Positions 10,067 to 18,310 of a DNA stretch of 64,000 nt are shown in pieces. Every line of letters begins with the position of its first letter. Position 1 is the first letter of the stretch. Location: NCBI GenBank assembly GCA_017560425.1, contig JAFZEX010000028.1, positions 3,736 to 67,735 of the forward strand, written 5' to 3'. The position numbers were made by a program, and so were the translations under genes. The DNA comes from Alistipes sp. (lineage in GTDB: Bacteria; Bacteroidota; Bacteroidia; Bacteroidales; Rikenellaceae). Under the pieces are notes generated by a model. The model made no database searches. It was given only the letters and a program-made list of their open reading frames with translations, and was not told where the DNA came from.

Positions 10067-10761
10067 TACGAATTATTTTTTGGTTTGTCACTACTATCTG
10101 CAACTCCCGTGCCAGAGTGCGAATATCGTCCGTAGAGCGAGGTGATGTAGACCGTGAGCACCGGAAATATTGCCGTTCCCAACACGGGCAACATCACACA
10201 TATAACCTTGCCAATCACCGTCACGGGGAATATCTCGGCACCCACCGTCGTAAGGTTCATGCCCGCCCACCACAGAGCATCGCCAAAGCCTGCAACAGAG
10301 TTATTTACAGGGGCTTCGTACTCATAAAACAACAGCGCTGCAAGATATGTACATAGCGCAACTGTGGCTATGTATGCCCAAAGCAGACGTGTGGCACGTC
10401 GAGCGATAAGCCAACGCAGTGTGATGTAGAGCGCCATCACAGAACGAAGCACAACCACACCACTAAGTATCATAGATGCTGTGTGTCCAAGTTGCAAGCC
10501 CGACCATGTGGCAATAGCATGATAGGGAACAGAGAGTACAAGCACGATAAAATTGCGACAGAAGAATCGCCAGCGATGCTCACTACTAAACACGAGCGCA
10601 AAGAAATCGACGATGAAGATAATGCATATCACAAGCATGATTTGCTGGTATAGCGCCGAGAACGGAGCAAGCTCCCTCGAGTAGATTATCTCCACCGAGA
10701 GTGAGGCAAGTAGGAGTATGCTTGCGAGGAGCGTTAAGATGTTTATTGCACGCAGAAACAT
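10066..10761 (-). CDS. Potassium-channel family (Ion_trans_2) membrane protein; start uncertain (10761 or 10770)
   Basis: Multiple TM segments; pore helix FGDALWWAGMNLTTVGAEIFPVT. Confidence 0.8.
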   Translation of the reverse strand: MFLRAINILTLLASILLLASLSVEIIYSRELAPFSALYQQIMLVICIIFIVDFFALVFSSEHRWRFFCRNFIVLVLSVPYHAIATWSGLQLGHTASMILSGVVVLRSVMALYITLRWLIARRATRLLWAYIATVALCTYLAALLFYEYEAPVNNSVAGFGDALWWAGMNLTTVGAEIFPVTVIGKVICVMLPVLGTAIFPVLTVYITSLYGRYSHSGTGVADSSDKPKNNS

Positions 10762-10868
10762 AATAACCATATTTACAAATTTTATACCACAAATCGCATT
10801 GCCAAAACACAATTCTGAGGGGGGGGGAATTTTCGTATAATGAGCTGTTTAATTATTTGCAATAATTA

Positions 10869-10899
10869 TTTGCCGTTTAAGAAAATTGATATATTTTTG
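10869..10899 (+). promoter_or_regulatory. Bacteroidota sigma-A promoter TTTG-N19-TATTTTTG for the lipoprotein pair
   Basis: Consensus -33/-7 elements with 19-nt spacer upstream of the ATG at 10941. Confidence 0.7.
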
Positions 10900-10940
10900 T
10901 AGCGAGAATTATCGAAAACAATCAAAATACTAACAACTAC

Positions 10941-12491
10941 ATGAAAACTTTTTTGAAGTATGCACTCTGTTGCATCGTTTCGGCATTGGGCTTTATCTCG
11001 TGCGAAACACCTAATGAGGGCGTAGCGCAAATCGAGCTCACAGCAGTCGAGGCTACAAGCTCATCAATCTCATTTGTCATCAACGCCAAGGGCGACGAGT
11101 GTGCCTACATGCTCTACGATGGCGAGTCAATCTCTGCTCAGCAGATTCTTAACGAGGGTACTAAGTGCAATGGTGGCTTAGTAAAAATCTCCGACCTCGA
11201 GGCAAACACCAAGTACTACGTGGCTGCAGCCGTAGCAAGCGGCAGCAACGTTGCCTACGACACCCTTATGATGCAGACCACCGAGAAGAACAATGGTGGC
11301 AACGATGATAGTGGTGACGACAATGGTGGCGACAATGGTGGCAACGACGATAACTTCGAGCTTCCAGAGATCGAGGGCGTTGAGAACATCATCATCGAGA
11401 AGACTAAAGATGGTCGTTGGTATGCCGACTACAACTACTACGTAACATTCGTGCGTGACAATGGCGACCGCATCATCTTGGACTTCTACACCCTCGATGA
11501 GACCATGCGCACATACTTCCCTTATGGCAACTACACCTTCGCAACAGACTATGCACCATTCACCATTCACAGCGACACATCAGGCTATGTTCCTGCGGGC
11601 AAGGATGCTGATGGCGAGGGTTGCCTCTTTACTGATGGCTACGTATCGGTAGATGTTCTTGATGGTCAGTATGCTATCTATATGTTGCTAACATACAACG
11701 ACAACGGCACCGAGAAGAGCATCCAGGCATACTACCACGGCTTGCTCTCGGGCGCTTCAATCCCTGGCAGCGACAGCGCTGGCTCGGAAAAGCTTATCGA
11801 GGTTTTGGAGGTTGGCTCATCATCATTCAGCTTTAGAATTAATGCCGAAGAGGGTCAGTATTGGCGTTGCTCGGTTGTAGACAAGCGTGTCTACGATCAG
11901 ACTGCTTCGAACCCTGGTGCATGGGTTGTTACCTATGGCTTCATGCTTAGCGGCACCCTCACCTTCAATTGGGAGCACGGCAAGGAGTGCGAGTATATCC
12001 CTGGCTATATCATGGAGGCATTGCCATCTACCGACTACATCATCATGGCAGCACTTATGGACTACAGCGAGGGTCAGGAGAACAGCCTTCTTGGTGGCGT
12101 AGAGTTCGTTCAGATTCGCACCGAGGCACCAAAGGCTGGTACAGGCACAGCCGACATCACAATCAAGGAGATTAACGCAAACGACTTTACGTTCGACTGC
12201 GTTCTTGGCGACGACGTATGGTGCTGCTACTTGGCAGTGTTGGAGTCGGCAACAATCAACGACATTGAGAATGGCGGATATGCAATGGGTGGCTACAACT
12301 CATTCGAGGAGTGCATGCTTTCACTCGTGCCAGGTCTATCCTACGACTTCATGCGTCAGATCATGACAACCACCTACGACTACAAGTGGCAGAACGTAAA
12401 GTATGGCACTGAGTATAAGATGTACGCCGTTGTTGAGGACATGAACAAGGGTCGCACATTCTCTCATGTGGCTACATTCACTACGAAGTAA
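10941..12491 (+). CDS. Surface lipoprotein with Ig/FN3-like beta domains and an N/G/D-rich linker
   Basis: Lipobox FIS-C followed by acidic residues; FN3-like ATSSSISF...LEANTKYYV segment; NNGGNDDSGDDNGG linker. Confidence 0.8.
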   Translation: MKTFLKYALCCIVSALGFISCETPNEGVAQIELTAVEATSSSISFVINAKGDECAYMLYDGESISAQQILNEGTKCNGGLVKISDLEANTKYYVAAAVASGSNVAYDTLMMQTTEKNNGGNDDSGDDNGGDNGGNDDNFELPEIEGVENIIIEKTKDGRWYADYNYYVTFVRDNGDRIILDFYTLDETMRTYFPYGNYTFATDYAPFTIHSDTSGYVPAGKDADGEGCLFTDGYVSVDVLDGQYAIYMLLTYNDNGTEKSIQAYYHGLLSGASIPGSDSAGSEKLIEVLEVGSSSFSFRINAEEGQYWRCSVVDKRVYDQTASNPGAWVVTYGFMLSGTLTFNWEHGKECEYIPGYIMEALPSTDYIIMAALMDYSEGQENSLLGGVEFVQIRTEAPKAGTGTADITIKEINANDFTFDCVLGDDVWCCYLAVLESATINDIENGGYAMGGYNSFEECMLSLVPGLSYDFMRQIMTTTYDYKWQNVKYGTEYKMYAVVEDMNKGRTFSHVATFTTK

Positions 12492-12511
12492 TATATATAT
12501 AGAGTATAACA

Positions 12512-13819
12512 ATGAAAAAGTTTTTATCACTAATCATGCTCCTTGCAACAGCTGCGTTTGTTGCTTGCGAGCCAGCTGCTGACGAGGGACTTGTAATCAC
12601 CTCGGGCAGGTCTTACAAGGTTGAGGCTAATGGTGGCGACGTATATGTCACATACATGGGTGCCGATGCCGTAACTACAACCATCATCGAGGGTGGCGAG
12701 GCAATCTCAGGCATCAAGACCCCAGCAGCGGGCATCATCGTGGTTAGCTTCAAGGCAAACACAGCAAACAGCGTGCGTAACGCTGTTGTCGAGGTATCGG
12801 CAGGCAATGGCGACTTCACAACGCTCATCTCGTTCCTTCAGGCTGCCAACAACTCAAACATCGGCAACGATGCCGACGTAACGTTCACAGCCATGCAGAT
12901 GGACGGCTACTACTATGGCGAGAAGTATGGTGCTGGCGCTGACCGCTACGCATTCTTCCTCTCAGACAAGGGACTCAACAATGGTGGTCAGGCATACACC
13001 GATGGCACTTACTACTACATCGACTGCTTCTCACCAGCCAACAAGACCACATCGCTGCCAATGGGCACTTACACCTTCGATAGCACCGAGAGCGGCAAGG
13101 CATTCTCAATCACCCCTAACAGCCAGCTTATCCTCACTACAGATAGCGTTGAGACTACCGAGTCGATTGTTATGACCGACGCTAAGATGGTTGTTTCGGC
13201 AAACGGCATCACGCTCGTTGCCACAATCAACGGCAAGAAGCACAAGGTGACATACTCGGGCGACCTCTCGCTTAGCGACGTTAGCGGCGAGAACGATAAC
13301 GGAGGTAACGATGACGGTGGCAACGACAAGACCGATGGTCAGGATAGCGAGGCACAGTCTACGCTCACCGCTGACCGCCACGTTACGTTCGATGGCGAGC
13401 ACCGTGCTAAGTGGGGCTACGAGGGCGACTATTGGAACACAGGCTACTCGAACTACACCATCTACATCATGAACAAGTCGGCTGGCTACGTCTATGGCGA
13501 CACACTCCAGCTCGACATCATCACCAACAACACATCGAAAGATGGCTCGTTTGCGGGCAAGTATACTATCTCGGATAAGCCAGGCAAGTTGGTTATGGTT
13601 GCAGGCTTCACAAACAAGTATGCACAGGCTGTAGGTAGCTGGTTGTACGAGTACGGCGGTAGCTCGGCAAGCGGCTATAAGAACTACGCACAGCTCAAGA
13701 GCGGCTCATGCGAGATTATCGCTAATGGCGACGGCACACACACCGTTAAGCTCAACGCCTACGACTACAAGGGCAACAACATCACCTGCAATTGGACAGG
13801 CGTTATCGAGGAGGACTAA
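12512..13819 (+). CDS. Surface lipoprotein with N-terminal BACON-like domain
   Basis: Lipobox FVA-C; VEANGG...ANTANSVRNAVV...FLQAA resembles BACON; beta-rich repeats and G/N/D linker. Confidence 0.8.
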   Translation: MKKFLSLIMLLATAAFVACEPAADEGLVITSGRSYKVEANGGDVYVTYMGADAVTTTIIEGGEAISGIKTPAAGIIVVSFKANTANSVRNAVVEVSAGNGDFTTLISFLQAANNSNIGNDADVTFTAMQMDGYYYGEKYGAGADRYAFFLSDKGLNNGGQAYTDGTYYYIDCFSPANKTTSLPMGTYTFDSTESGKAFSITPNSQLILTTDSVETTESIVMTDAKMVVSANGITLVATINGKKHKVTYSGDLSLSDVSGENDNGGNDDGGNDKTDGQDSEAQSTLTADRHVTFDGEHRAKWGYEGDYWNTGYSNYTIYIMNKSAGYVYGDTLQLDIITNNTSKDGSFAGKYTISDKPGKLVMVAGFTNKYAQAVGSWLYEYGGSSASGYKNYAQLKSGSCEIIANGDGTHTVKLNAYDYKGNNITCNWTGVIEED

Positions 13820-13837
13820 GCCTCGGATATCAGTTTT

Positions 13838-13871
13838 TAGGGTGTCAATCTTCGGGTTGGCACCCTATTTT
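13838..13871 (+). terminator. Intrinsic terminator after the lipoprotein operon
   Basis: TAGGGTGTCAATC-TTCG-GGTTGGCACCCTATTTT. Confidence 0.8.
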
Positions 13872-13902
13872 ATAAAAATAATTAAAAAAAGTTGCGAAAA
13901 AG

Positions 13903-13933
13903 TTTGCAGAAACAAAAATTGTTCTTATCTTTG
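13903..13933 (+). promoter_or_regulatory. tRNA promoter TTTG-N19-TATCTTTG
   Basis: Matches Bacteroidota consensus; ends 19 nt upstream of the tRNA. Confidence 0.75.
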
Positions 13934-13952
13934 CACTCGCTTTTAGAGCAAT

Positions 13953-14026
13953 GGCGAGATAGCTCAGCTGGTCAGAGCGCATGATTCATAATCATGAGGT
14001 CGAGAGTTCAAGTCTCTCTCTCGCTA
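13953..14026 (+). tRNA. tRNA-Met(CAT), elongator type; CCA not encoded
   Basis: Acceptor GGCGAGA/TCTCGCT, D-arm AGCTCAGCTGGTCAGAGC, anticodon arm CATGA-TTCATAA-TCATG, T-arm GAGAG-TTCAAGT-CTCTC. Confidence 0.95.
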
Positions 14027-14039
14027 CAAAAAAAAGATT

Positions 14040-14071
14040 TAGGAGTGGTTTTGCCACTCCTATTTTTTTTT
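14040..14071 (+). terminator. Intrinsic terminator after the tRNA
   Basis: TAGGAGTGG-TTTTG-CCACTCCTA followed by T9. Confidence 0.85.
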
Positions 14072-14094
14072 GCAGCAACTTGAGCTTGTGCCGT

Positions 14095-14367
14095 ATGGTC
14101 GGTCGGACGTTTTGCCGTTTTGCCCATGTAAATGACCGACCACCTAAATAGAGTATCAATGAGGAGCGAGTAATATTTTTTTAGGGACGACAGGGACGAA
14201 TGAGACGAATGAGACGACAACGAAACTCGGGTATCAACTTCTCTCTGTTGTCTCTGTTGTCTCTGTTATCTCTCTATTGATGATAACCCACATCTACGTG
14301 ATACTGATACCTCCTCACATCCATGGTCGGACGGTCATTTACACGGGCAAAACGACCGACCGACCAT
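14095..14367. repeat. Nested inverted-repeat cluster: REP-like pair (14095-14142, 14323-14367) enclosing inverted 9-mer arrays (14183-14220, 14241-14277)
   Basis: ATGGTCGGTCGG..TTTTGCCC.TGTAAATGACCG present on opposite strands; AGGGACGAC/TGAGACGAA units face TCTCTGTTG units. Confidence 0.8.
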
Positions 14368-14393
14368 GACGACTACTCCACCTCAGCGCAACG

Positions 14394-14438
14394 ATTTCTT
14401 GTCAGAAGGGTTGCAGATGCGCCATTATCACAAGAAAT
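14394..14438. repeat. Internally deleted (45 bp) family A element
   Basis: Both ends of family A joined at the internal direct repeat GCAGATG; same CTCAGCGCAACG left flank as 14474-14485. Confidence 0.85.
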
Positions 14439-14485
14439 TATTTTTGATTTTAGAGGAGCAGATTTGTACTTATCTCAGCGCAACG

Positions 14486-14611
14486 ATTTCTTGTCAGAAG
14501 GGTTGCAGATGTGGCCTTGACATGAAGAAGCCCCGGATGGGACATACTTCAAGTATTTCCCATTCGGGGCTTTGATTGAAAGGTCGCAGATGCGCCCTTA
14601 TCACAAGAAAT
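14486..14611. repeat. 126-bp palindromic element, family A copy 2
   Basis: ATTTCTTGTCAGAA...TTATCACAAGAAAT; last base is shared with the purB stop codon. Confidence 0.9.
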
Positions 14612-15906
14612 TACTCGATGCCTACACGGTCAAAGATGAAATCCACATTCTTGAGGTAATACTCAAGGGTGAAGCATGAGTCGAGCTCCTCACGGCTGAG
14701 GACTGCCATCACATCGGCGCTCTCTGCCAAGAGCTCCTGGTAGTCGGCACGCTCGCTCATAGCACGCATAGCGATAGGCTGAACAGTATCGTAAGCCTTC
14801 TCACGAGAGAAGCCCTTCTCGATAAGTGCGTTCATCACGCGCTGTGCGAAGATAACCTTGCGTGTGCGGTAGATGTTCTCCATCATAACATCCTGGAACA
14901 CTACGAGGTTCTCGAGGATACCACGGAAGCGGTTAAGCATATAATCAAGGAGCATGGTTGCATCAGGCAAGATGATACGCTCAGACGATGAGTGTGAGAT
15001 ATCACGCTCGTGCCACAAAGCGACATTCTCGTAGAAGGCAGCCATATAGCCACGCATAACACGTGCACAGCCACACATGTTCTCAGAAGAGATAGGGTTA
15101 CGCTTGTGAGGCATTGCCGAAGAGCCCTTCTGACCCTTGCCGAACGACTCCTCCACCTCGTGTACCTCGGTACGCTGCAAGTTACGGACCTCCATAGCCA
15201 TCTGCTCGATGCTCGATGCGATAACTGCCAACGTAGCCATATAATAAGCGTGGCGGTCACGCTGGATAACCTGAGTAGAGATGTTTGCAGACTCGATGCC
15301 GAGCTTCTCGCACACGTAGTCCTGAATGAATGGAGGGATATTTGCGAAGTTACCCACAGCACCCGAGATCTTACCTACCTCTACGCCACGTGAAGCGGTG
15401 ATAAAGCGGTTAAGGTTACGCTTCATCTCCTCGTACCACAATGCCCACTTTAGACCAAAGCAGGTGATGTCGGCGTGGATACCATGTGTACGGCCGATGC
15501 ATGGCGTTGCCTTGAACTCGATAGCACGCTTGCGCAACACCTCCAACATCTTCTCGATGTCGTCCAAGAGGATAGCGTTAGCCTGCTTAAGGAGGTAGCC
15601 ATTAGCAGTATCAACAACGTCGGTACTTGTCAAGCCGTAGTGCACCCACTTGCGCTCCTCGCCGAGGGTCTCGCTCACGGCACGTGTGAAGGCAACGATA
15701 TCGTGGCGTGTCTGCTCCTCAATCTCGTAGATACGCTTGATATCGAATGTTGCGCTCTTCCACAACTTCTCGACATCCTCCTTAGGCACTACGCCAAGCT
15801 GGCTCCATGCCTCAGATGCCAAAATCTCAACACGTAGGTATGCCTCGAACTTGTTCTGCTCGGTCCACACCTTACGCATAATCTCACGTGAATATCTTTC
15901 AATCAT
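14611..15906 (-). CDS. purB: Adenylosuccinate lyase (Bacillota-type, 431 aa)
   Basis: MIERYSRE start, [28 protein letters not shown] signature. Confidence 0.97.
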   Translation of the reverse strand: MIERYSREIMRKVWTEQNKFEAYLRVEILASEAWSQLGVVPKEDVEKLWKSATFDIKRIYEIEEQTRHDIVAFTRAVSETLGEERKWVHYGLTSTDVVDTANGYLLKQANAILLDDIEKMLEVLRKRAIEFKATPCIGRTHGIHADITCFGLKWALWYEEMKRNLNRFITASRGVEVGKISGAVGNFANIPPFIQDYVCEKLGIESANISTQVIQRDRHAYYMATLAVIASSIEQMAMEVRNLQRTEVHEVEESFGKGQKGSSAMPHKRNPISSENMCGCARVMRGYMAAFYENVALWHERDISHSSSERIILPDATMLLDYMLNRFRGILENLVVFQDVMMENIYRTRKVIFAQRVMNALIEKGFSREKAYDTVQPIAMRAMSERADYQELLAESADVMAVLSREELDSCFTLEYYLKNVDFIFDRVGIE

Positions 15907-15918
15907 AATAGTTTGGAT

Positions 15919-16770
15919 TTATTTTGTTATCTTACGTTCAAAGCTCTCTACGGTATTCTCCATGAGGCAAGTGATGGTCATAGGGCCGACACCTCCTGGC
16001 ACAGGCGTGATAGCCGATGCCACCTGCTCAGCACCCTCGAAATCGACATCGCCACAGAGCTTACCTGTGTGTGAATCACGATTAACACCCACGTCGATGA
16101 CCACAGCACCTGGCTTAATCATGTCGGCAGAGATAAACCTCTCACGGCCAATGGCAACAACCAAGATGTCGGCACGACGAGTCACCTCGCCAAGGTTCTT
16201 GGTGCGTGAGTGAGCAACTGTAACCGTAGCATTTCTATCCAACAGAAGCTTAGCCACAGGCAAGCCCACAATGTTGCTACGACCAACAACCACAGCCTCC
16301 TTGCCCTCGATCTCAACGCCTGCCGAGTCGAGAAGCTTGATGATGCCCTTAGGCGTACATGGCTTGAAGCCTGGGAGCTTGAGCCATAGGTTAGCAACAT
16401 TCACGGGGTGGAACGAGTCTACGTCCTTCTCAGGCTTAATGGCTGCGATAACCTTCTGCTCGTCGATATGCTTAGGCAGAGGCAACTGCACAAGGATGCC
16501 ATCTACATCGTCGTCGGCATTTAGCTTCTCGATAGTAGCCAATAGCTCCTCCTCGGTGATTGTTGCTGGGTAGCGCAACGTAGTGTTGCGAATGCCCACC
16601 TCTGTAGCAGCCTTAGCCTTACCCGTAACATATGACACGCTGCCTGGGTCCTCGCCTACCAATATCACTGCAAGGAAGGGCGTAGTGCCATGCTGTGCCT
16701 CAAGCTCAGCAACACGCTCTTTAAGAGCCTCCTTGAGTGACTTAGATAAATCTTTACCGCTAATTATCAT
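15919..16770 (-). CDS. folD: Methylenetetrahydrofolate dehydrogenase/cyclohydrolase
   Basis: GILVQLPLP, PEKDVD, PCTP, GRSNIVG, TPVPGGVGPMT. Confidence 0.97.
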   Translation of the reverse strand: MIISGKDLSKSLKEALKERVAELEAQHGTTPFLAVILVGEDPGSVSYVTGKAKAATEVGIRNTTLRYPATITEEELLATIEKLNADDDVDGILVQLPLPKHIDEQKVIAAIKPEKDVDSFHPVNVANLWLKLPGFKPCTPKGIIKLLDSAGVEIEGKEAVVVGRSNIVGLPVAKLLLDRNATVTVAHSRTKNLGEVTRRADILVVAIGRERFISADMIKPGAVVIDVGVNRDSHTGKLCGDVDFEGAEQVASAITPVPGGVGPMTITCLMENTVESFERKITK

Positions 16771-16789
16771 AGTTATACTCTTATCTTAA

Positions 16790-18034
16790 TTATTTGAATG
16801 CCTTGTTTCCAATGTCGGTGCGGTGGAATAGGTTGTCGCACTCAATCTTGGCAATCTCCTCACGAGCCTTTAGCTGTGCCTCACGCAAGGTTGGTGCCGA
16901 AGCCACAACAAACATCACACGACCACCAGCCGTAACCAACTCGCCATCCTTGAGCTGTGTGCCCATGTGGTAGAGCTTGCACTCCACACGCTCAGTGCCA
17001 CGGATAGCAAAGCCCTTGTCGTAGTTGCCAGGATAACCCTTCGACGCAAGCACGATGCCCAACGTAGCCTCATCAGACCACTCAGCCTCAGGCTGCTCGC
17101 CACGAGCCACCTTAGCGAATACCTCGACAGCATCGCTTGTAAGACGTGGCAACACCACCTCGGTCTCAGGGTCACCAAAGCGAGCGTTGAACTCGATAAC
17201 CTTGATACCATTAGGGGTCTTCATCAAGCCACCATACAACACACCACTAAACGGAGTGCCCTCCGCAACCATTGCATCGGCAACACGCTGCATGATATTC
17301 TCCATGGCGTAGGCGTGGTCCTCGGCAGTGACAAATGGAAGCTCGGTGTAAGCACCCATGCCGCCTGTGTTTGGGCCCTCGTCGTTGTCGTAGGCACGCT
17401 TGTGGTCCTGAGCTACGGGCATAGCACAAATCTTGTTGCCCGCAACGAAGCACATTAGCGAGAACTCCTCACCTGTGAGGAACTCCTCTACAACTACCCT
17501 ACCCTCGCCAAACTTAGTGTCGAGAAGCATGTCACGGAGTGTAGCCTCAGCCTCCTCCATGGTAGTAGCAATAACCACACCCTTGCCTGCTGCCAAGCCG
17601 TCGTACTTGAGCACCGTAGGCAACGAGCCCTGACGAACATATGCCATAGCCTCGTCGAAGTCAGAGAATGTAGCATAGGCAGCCGTAGGCACGTCGTACT
17701 TAACCATGAGGCGCTTAGCAAAATCCTTGCTCGCCTCGATCTGTGCCGCAGCCTTCGTAGGTCCAAATATTAGTAGTCCCTCCTGCTGGAAGCGATCGAC
17801 AACACCAGCAGCCAATGCAGCCTCAGGGCCTACGACGGTGAGTTCTACGTTGTTAGCCTTAGCAAACTCAACGAGCTTCTCAACCTCGGTGTCCTTGATA
17901 GCCACACACTCAGCCAACTGAGCGATACCAGCATTTCCTGGGGCACAATATATCTTTGGGTTCTTAGGTGAACGTGACAACGCCTCGACAATAGCGTGCT
18001 CACGACCACCCGAGCCAATAACTAATACGTTCAT
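16790..18034 (-). CDS. purD: Phosphoribosylamine-glycine ligase
   Basis: GSGGREHA, GLAAGKGV, QDHKR, GPNTGGMG, EFNARFGDPE. Confidence 0.97.
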   Translation of the reverse strand: MNVLVIGSGGREHAIVEALSRSPKNPKIYCAPGNAGIAQLAECVAIKDTEVEKLVEFAKANNVELTVVGPEAALAAGVVDRFQQEGLLIFGPTKAAAQIEASKDFAKRLMVKYDVPTAAYATFSDFDEAMAYVRQGSLPTVLKYDGLAAGKGVVIATTMEEAEATLRDMLLDTKFGEGRVVVEEFLTGEEFSLMCFVAGNKICAMPVAQDHKRAYDNDEGPNTGGMGAYTELPFVTAEDHAYAMENIMQRVADAMVAEGTPFSGVLYGGLMKTPNGIKVIEFNARFGDPETEVVLPRLTSDAVEVFAKVARGEQPEAEWSDEATLGIVLASKGYPGNYDKGFAIRGTERVECKLYHMGTQLKDGELVTAGGRVMFVVASAPTLREAQLKAREEIAKIECDNLFHRTDIGNKAFK

Positions 18035-18036
18035 AT

Positions 18037-18070
18037 TAATTGGTAGTTAGTAATCAGTAATTAGTAATAG
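18037..18070. repeat. Heptamer tandem array (TAATTAG-like, ~5 units) immediately upstream of purD
   Basis: TAATTGG TAGTTAG TAATCAG TAATTAG TAATAG. Confidence 0.7.
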
Positions 18071-18076
18071 TTTCTA

Positions 18077-18184
18077 ATTTGTTGTTATAGAGGGTTAGCT
18101 ACAACGACTGTCAGCATATTGACGTACTGCCCATTGCTGAGATAATTTGCTAGCGGCAGTAGATGACCCTTTATCCCGACAAAC
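18077..18184. repeat. Degenerate family A element in tandem with the next copy
   Basis: Ends ATTTGTTGTTATAGAGGGTTAGCT / AGATGACCCTTTATCCCGACAAAC resemble family A ends. Confidence 0.6.
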
Positions 18185-18185
18185 A

Positions 18186-18310
18186 ATTTGTTGTTAGAAA
18201 TGGTTAGCTGTGAGGCTGGTCGAAATTGCAACGGATGGGGACATACTAAAGTATTTCCCCATTCGGGGCAATGAGCCAGACGCCGCAGATGACCATTTAT
18301 CACAACAAAT
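18186..18310. repeat. 125-bp palindromic element, family A variant
   Basis: ATTTGTTGTTAGAA...CGGATGGGGACATAC-TAAA-GTATTTCCCCATTCG...GCAGATGACCATTTATCACAACAAAT; overlaps the purH stop codon. Confidence 0.85.

Noticed and set aside
13953-14100. tRNA-Met as attachment site of an integrated element
   Set aside because: No integrase and no duplicated tRNA 3' end seen in the window.
14008-14575. Small ORFs (65-70 aa) between the tRNA and purB
   Set aside because: They run through terminator and repeat DNA and merely translate the repeats.
14095-14611. Possible CRISPR array in the repeat cluster
   Set aside because: Repeats are inverted or tandem without unique regular spacers, and no cas genes are present.
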